From Schmidtea nova (Eukaryota): a DNA stretch of 64,000 bases. Position numbers and translations under genes: made by a program. The DNA lies in the NCBI GenBank assembly GCA_044892505.1, contig CM097882.1, positions 312,790,001 to 312,854,000 of the forward strand, written 5' to 3'. This document shows positions 60,748 to 64,000 of this stretch, one piece after another. Within the stretch, counting starts at the first letter, position 1. Every line of letters begins with the position of its first letter. The notes beneath the pieces are model-generated. The model searched no databases and was not told the DNA's origin. It worked only from the letters and a program-made list of their open reading frames with translations.

Positions 60748-63700
60748 GTGCCTGCATCAGCTCAATCGTTTGCCATTCCCTCTAATGAGACTGATGCAGA
60801 GAGCACAACTAAAAATAATATTTCAACTATCGACAATCGTGATCCTGAAGTGTGGTTTTCTGATAATGATATTGATTGGTATCTTGAAAACCACATTGAT
60901 AATCCAATGCATGGATATATTAAATGCTTTATAGTAAATATCATCTGTTCTAACATCACAGAAGATATTGTTGAAATTCCACCATCTATTAGCAATGCTG
61001 AAATTGTATTTTGTCCACTCAACATTAACAATTCGCACTGGATTCTTTTTGTTTATAGTAAGAAAATGTTATCTTCTTACTTTATTGACCCAATCCTTGC
61101 AAACAGACAAAAGCCAATCAATAAACAAATGGCTCAGAGAATTAACCTAAAACTGAATAGATTTTTTAATCTAAATATATCTGTGTCCCGACATCCACAC
61201 AAACATCTTGAATATCAAAATAACAGCTTTGATTGTGGCCCATTTACGTGTGCTTATGCTGTGATTATCAGTAAAGATTTGAACAGCTTTCCAAATGGGT
61301 TCATAGAGAAAATTCGTACCAGTGTGCATGAAAGTCAAAATCGTATGCAAATAACCGAATCCACCTTATTCGCTGGTACTAACTCCAAGATGGACATGAC
61401 CAAAATAAATATCAAGAAAGCCCTTGCAAAAAAGAAAGTTATCACCAACACCTCAGATATGACCAAAGTATTGAACACTCAAAAACCGTGTGTGTCATCA
61501 ATAATTAGTAAATATTACGAAAGTAATTCTAAAATAACAGTCTTATCTGCTGAACTAACTTTAAACCTAATTGCACAAAATACCTCCTTCATAGCTGATA
61601 ATGTCACTTTCAAGCAGTTCAAAGGAATCGATCATGTTATAAGCATCATTCCTAAATTTAACGATTGGTGTCTCTTTGTCTATTCGAATAAACTTGACAG
61701 GAGCTACATGTTCGACTTCAATTATCGAAACATTGATGAAAGGCTAATTGAAATTGGTGAAAAGATAACTGAATATCTGAATCAATTCACTCTTGTTTCT
61801 AAAATAAAATTCACACCTCATCATAGAATTTCTCATCCAACATTTCATTCTTACGATGATCAATATTTTGCAAGTTCTTTTATTGTATTTTTTGAAAAAC
61901 TTGTCTTTGAAAGAATACTGGACAATGATAAGGTTTATGACTCATTAAGTGCTCTAAAATATCAGTCTTGTAAAGATCTTTCTCCTAGCTTAAGTTTCAT
62001 TAATGGTAAAATATCCGACAAAATTATTGAGGAATATTTTGCTAGCCTAAACTTATCGACGAAATATATTCTTCTAAACATTACAATGTGTAGTGCGCTT
62101 TCAGATGATTGCACTGAATACTTGAAAGACTTTGTAAACATTGAGTGCATGATGAAGGCTACTGTAATCTTTGTAATCATTTCTCCTCCAAGAGCCCACG
62201 ACTTGCTCATGGTTATTGATTACGACGCTGATGAGCACTATTTATTAAGCCCAGTCACTAATGACTTGTTCGTTATGACTGAAGGATTCTGCTATAAATT
62301 ACTAATTAAAATTAATGAGATTAGAGAGAGCACAGGACGTGCCTTGAAATCGCGTAATTGTCGACATGACGTTAAAGGTTCTGGCTTATTTAGTAGGTTA
62401 TTAATCTGTGCCTTTATTAAATATTATGCATTTGACCGATCTCTAGAAAATATCAATCTTCATGAAATTGGCAAAATTATCTACTCACTTGTGCCATTAG
62501 TTGATAAAAATGATAATGCTGAGGAAGAGAGACGACGAAAATCAAAAGCTGTAAACTCTTTAAAACTAAATTTAAAACAGCGAATAGAAAAAGCCAATAA
62601 TCTTATAATTTCACTTGAACACGCCAGTATTGATGAAATCATAAGTGGCATTCTTTCAAATATTCCTCGTCTTAAAGATTTGAACACCGATCACATTCGT
62701 ACACCATATTTAGGTACTAAAATAGGAAAAGCTAGAAAATTCAAAAATTTCACTGTATTTCTGTTAAACATGAAAAAGACTGTGTATAGGATTTTGGGTA
62801 ACAACACAGAATCAATTGCACCTCCTTTTCAGGAAATTATTGACACTTTCAGTCATCCTGATACATTACCTAGAAATTGGGAAAACATCTTAAAATTCAC
62901 TAAGAGTTCTAAATATAGTCTTGAATTAAATCCAATGACACCTAAAGAAATCCTTTCAAGTCTTTGCAAAGCTGACAACACTTCTCCAGGTCTTGATAAT
63001 GTTTGTTATAAAGATCTTTTGTTATTAGACCCTGAATGTAAATTGCTAGCTTTTCTGTACAATAAAATCCTAAAATTAGACATTATTCCTACAAGTTGGA
63101 AATCATTTAAAACCATACTAATCCCCAAACCAGATAAAAATGGCCAATATCATAAAATATATTCTTGGCGACCAATTGCCTTATTATCTGTCATTTACAA
63201 AGTCTTCGCTTCAGTTTTGGCAAATCGTCTAAGCTTATGGATAAGAAATAATTCCATGTTACACATTGGCCAAAAGGGTGGTTCGGAGTACGAAGGATGT
63301 ATTGAACACAACTCTATTCTTTCTGCTATCGTCGAACATTCAAAATACAGCAAGTCTTCACCTTTAACGATAGCTTGGCTAGACATCAAAGATGCCTTCG
63401 GAAGTGTTCCACATGACTACATGTGGACACTGTTAAAACACATAAATGTTAGTGATAGGTTTGTAGGAATTTTAAAACTGCTCTATACTGATACAAGCTC
63501 GTTTTATTGTTGCAATAAAATGCAGACACCGGATATTCCAATAAAGAAAGGAGTTAAACAAGGTTGTCCGATCTCAATGATATTGTTTGCAATAGCTATT
63601 AACCCAGTACTTGAGTCTATTAATCTATCAAACGTTAATCCTTTTACGATTGGAACATCTCCGGTACAGGTGTTGGCTTATGCGGATGATATCGCACTTA

Positions 63701-64000
63701 TCGCGACAAATACCTCTGATCTGCAAATACTCATAAACGTTGCTGTAAACACTGCTAAAACAATTGGATTTGAATATCGTCCAGAAAAGTGCGCTTATAT
63801 GCAATACCCTAAAATAGAAACTGTAAGCGAGATTTCTGTCAACAACGTTCTTATAAAAAAGATTGCAACAAATGAATTTTACCAATACTTGGGAGTACCA
63901 ATAGGTGACAATAATGACCAAAGTCCCTATGAAATTCTAAGCAAAGTAATTGAAGACACAAAGAAAATAGCAAATTCTGATCTTTACGGCTGGCAAAAAC
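60748..64000 (+). CDS. ORF2 polyprotein, copy 8 (3'-partial, runs off window after the RT domain)
   Basis: Missing from the ORF track (no stop in window). Same length as 1843-5095 of copy 1, so no net indel; no stop seen by eye; contains YADD. Confidence 0.88.
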   Translation, partial: MPASAQSFAIPSNETDAESTTKNNISTIDNRDPEVWFSDNDIDWYLENHIDNPMHGYIKCFIVNIICSNITEDIVEIPPSISNAEIVFCPLNINNSHWILFVYSKKMLSSYFIDPILANRQKPINKQMAQRINLKLNRFFNLNISVSRHPHKHLEYQNNSFDCGPFTCAYAVIISKDLNSFPNGFIEKIRTSVHESQNRMQITESTLFAGTNSKMDMTKINIKKALAKKKVITNTSDMTKVLNTQKPCVSSIISKYYESNSKITVLSAELTLNLIAQNTSFIADNVTFKQFKGIDHVISIIPKFNDWCLFVYSNKLDRSYMFDFNYRNIDERLIEIGEKITEYLNQFTLVSKIKFTPHHRISHPTFHSYDDQYFASSFIVFFEKLVFERILDNDKVYDSLSALKYQSCKDLSPSLSFINGKISDKIIEEYFASLNLSTKYILLNITMCSALSDDCTEYLKDFVNIECMMKATVIFVIISPPRAHDLLMVIDYDADEHYLLSPVTNDLFVMTEGFCYKLLIKINEIRESTGRALKSRNCRHDVKGSGLFSRLLICAFIKYYAFDRSLENINLHEIGKIIYSLVPLVDKNDNAEEERRRKSKAVNSLKLNLKQRIEKANNLIISLEHASIDEIISGILSNIPRLKDLNTDHIRTPYLGTKIGKARKFKNFTVFLLNMKKTVYRILGNNTESIAPPFQEIIDTFSHPDTLPRNWENILKFTKSSKYSLELNPMTPKEILSSLCKADNTSPGLDNVCYKDLLLLDPECKLLAFLYNKILKLDIIPTSWKSFKTILIPKPDKNGQYHKIYSWRPIALLSVIYKVFASVLANRLSLWIRNNSMLHIGQKGGSEYEGCIEHNSILSAIVEHSKYSKSSPLTIAWLDIKDAFGSVPHDYMWTLLKHINVSDRFVGILKLLYTDTSSFYCCNKMQTPDIPIKKGVKQGCPISMILFAIAINPVLESINLSNVNPFTIGTSPVQVLAYADDIALIATNTSDLQILINVAVNTAKTIGFEYRPEKCAYMQYPKIETVSEISVNNVLIKKIATNEFYQYLGVPIGDNNDQSPYEILSKVIEDTKKIANSDLYGWQK

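Larger units (their letters stand above)
58104..64000 (+). mobile_element. Retrotransposon copy 8 (class B 5' junction; 3' part outside window)
   Basis: Collinear with the other copies to the window end. Confidence 0.93.

Noticed and set aside
1-64000. Whole array as pure assembly artefact
   Set aside because: Copies differ by private SNPs, microsatellite length, junction class and intervening tRNA number; the exact copy number (especially copies 5/6) still needs read confirmation

Overview
AT-rich eukaryotic DNA made entirely of one structure: a tandem array of tRNA-Val(AAC) genes (253-bp unit = 73-nt gene + 180-bp spacer, + strand) invaded by eight co-oriented copies of a ~7.6-kb site-specific non-LTR retrotransposon. 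Six copies are complete and two are cut by the window edges. The element belongs to the R2 superfamily (restriction-like endonuclease) and is most like the NeSL/R5 clade. Elements make up ~91% of the window. Every 3' junction falls at tRNA nt 18|19. Copies 5-8 begin after tRNA nt 31, giving a 13-bp target-site duplication (TTATCACGTCTGC). Copies 2-4 share a different 5' junction that has lost 94 bp of target. Each copy carries ORF1 (877 aa, C-terminal C4 zinc finger) and ORF2 (Ulp1/C48-like protease, two degenerate protease-like repeats, RT, CCHC knuckle, RLE). ORF1 and ORF2 are in the same frame and separated only by one TGA, which is followed by an 18-bp stem-loop. This suggests programmed stop-codon readthrough into a ~2416-aa polyprotein. 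The element has almost no 5' UTR, and its first bases, including the ORF1 ATG, match the 5' end of the target tRNA. Fifteen intact tRNA genes, one deletion-scarred gene and eleven insertion-split fragments remain. The host species cannot be determined from the sequence.
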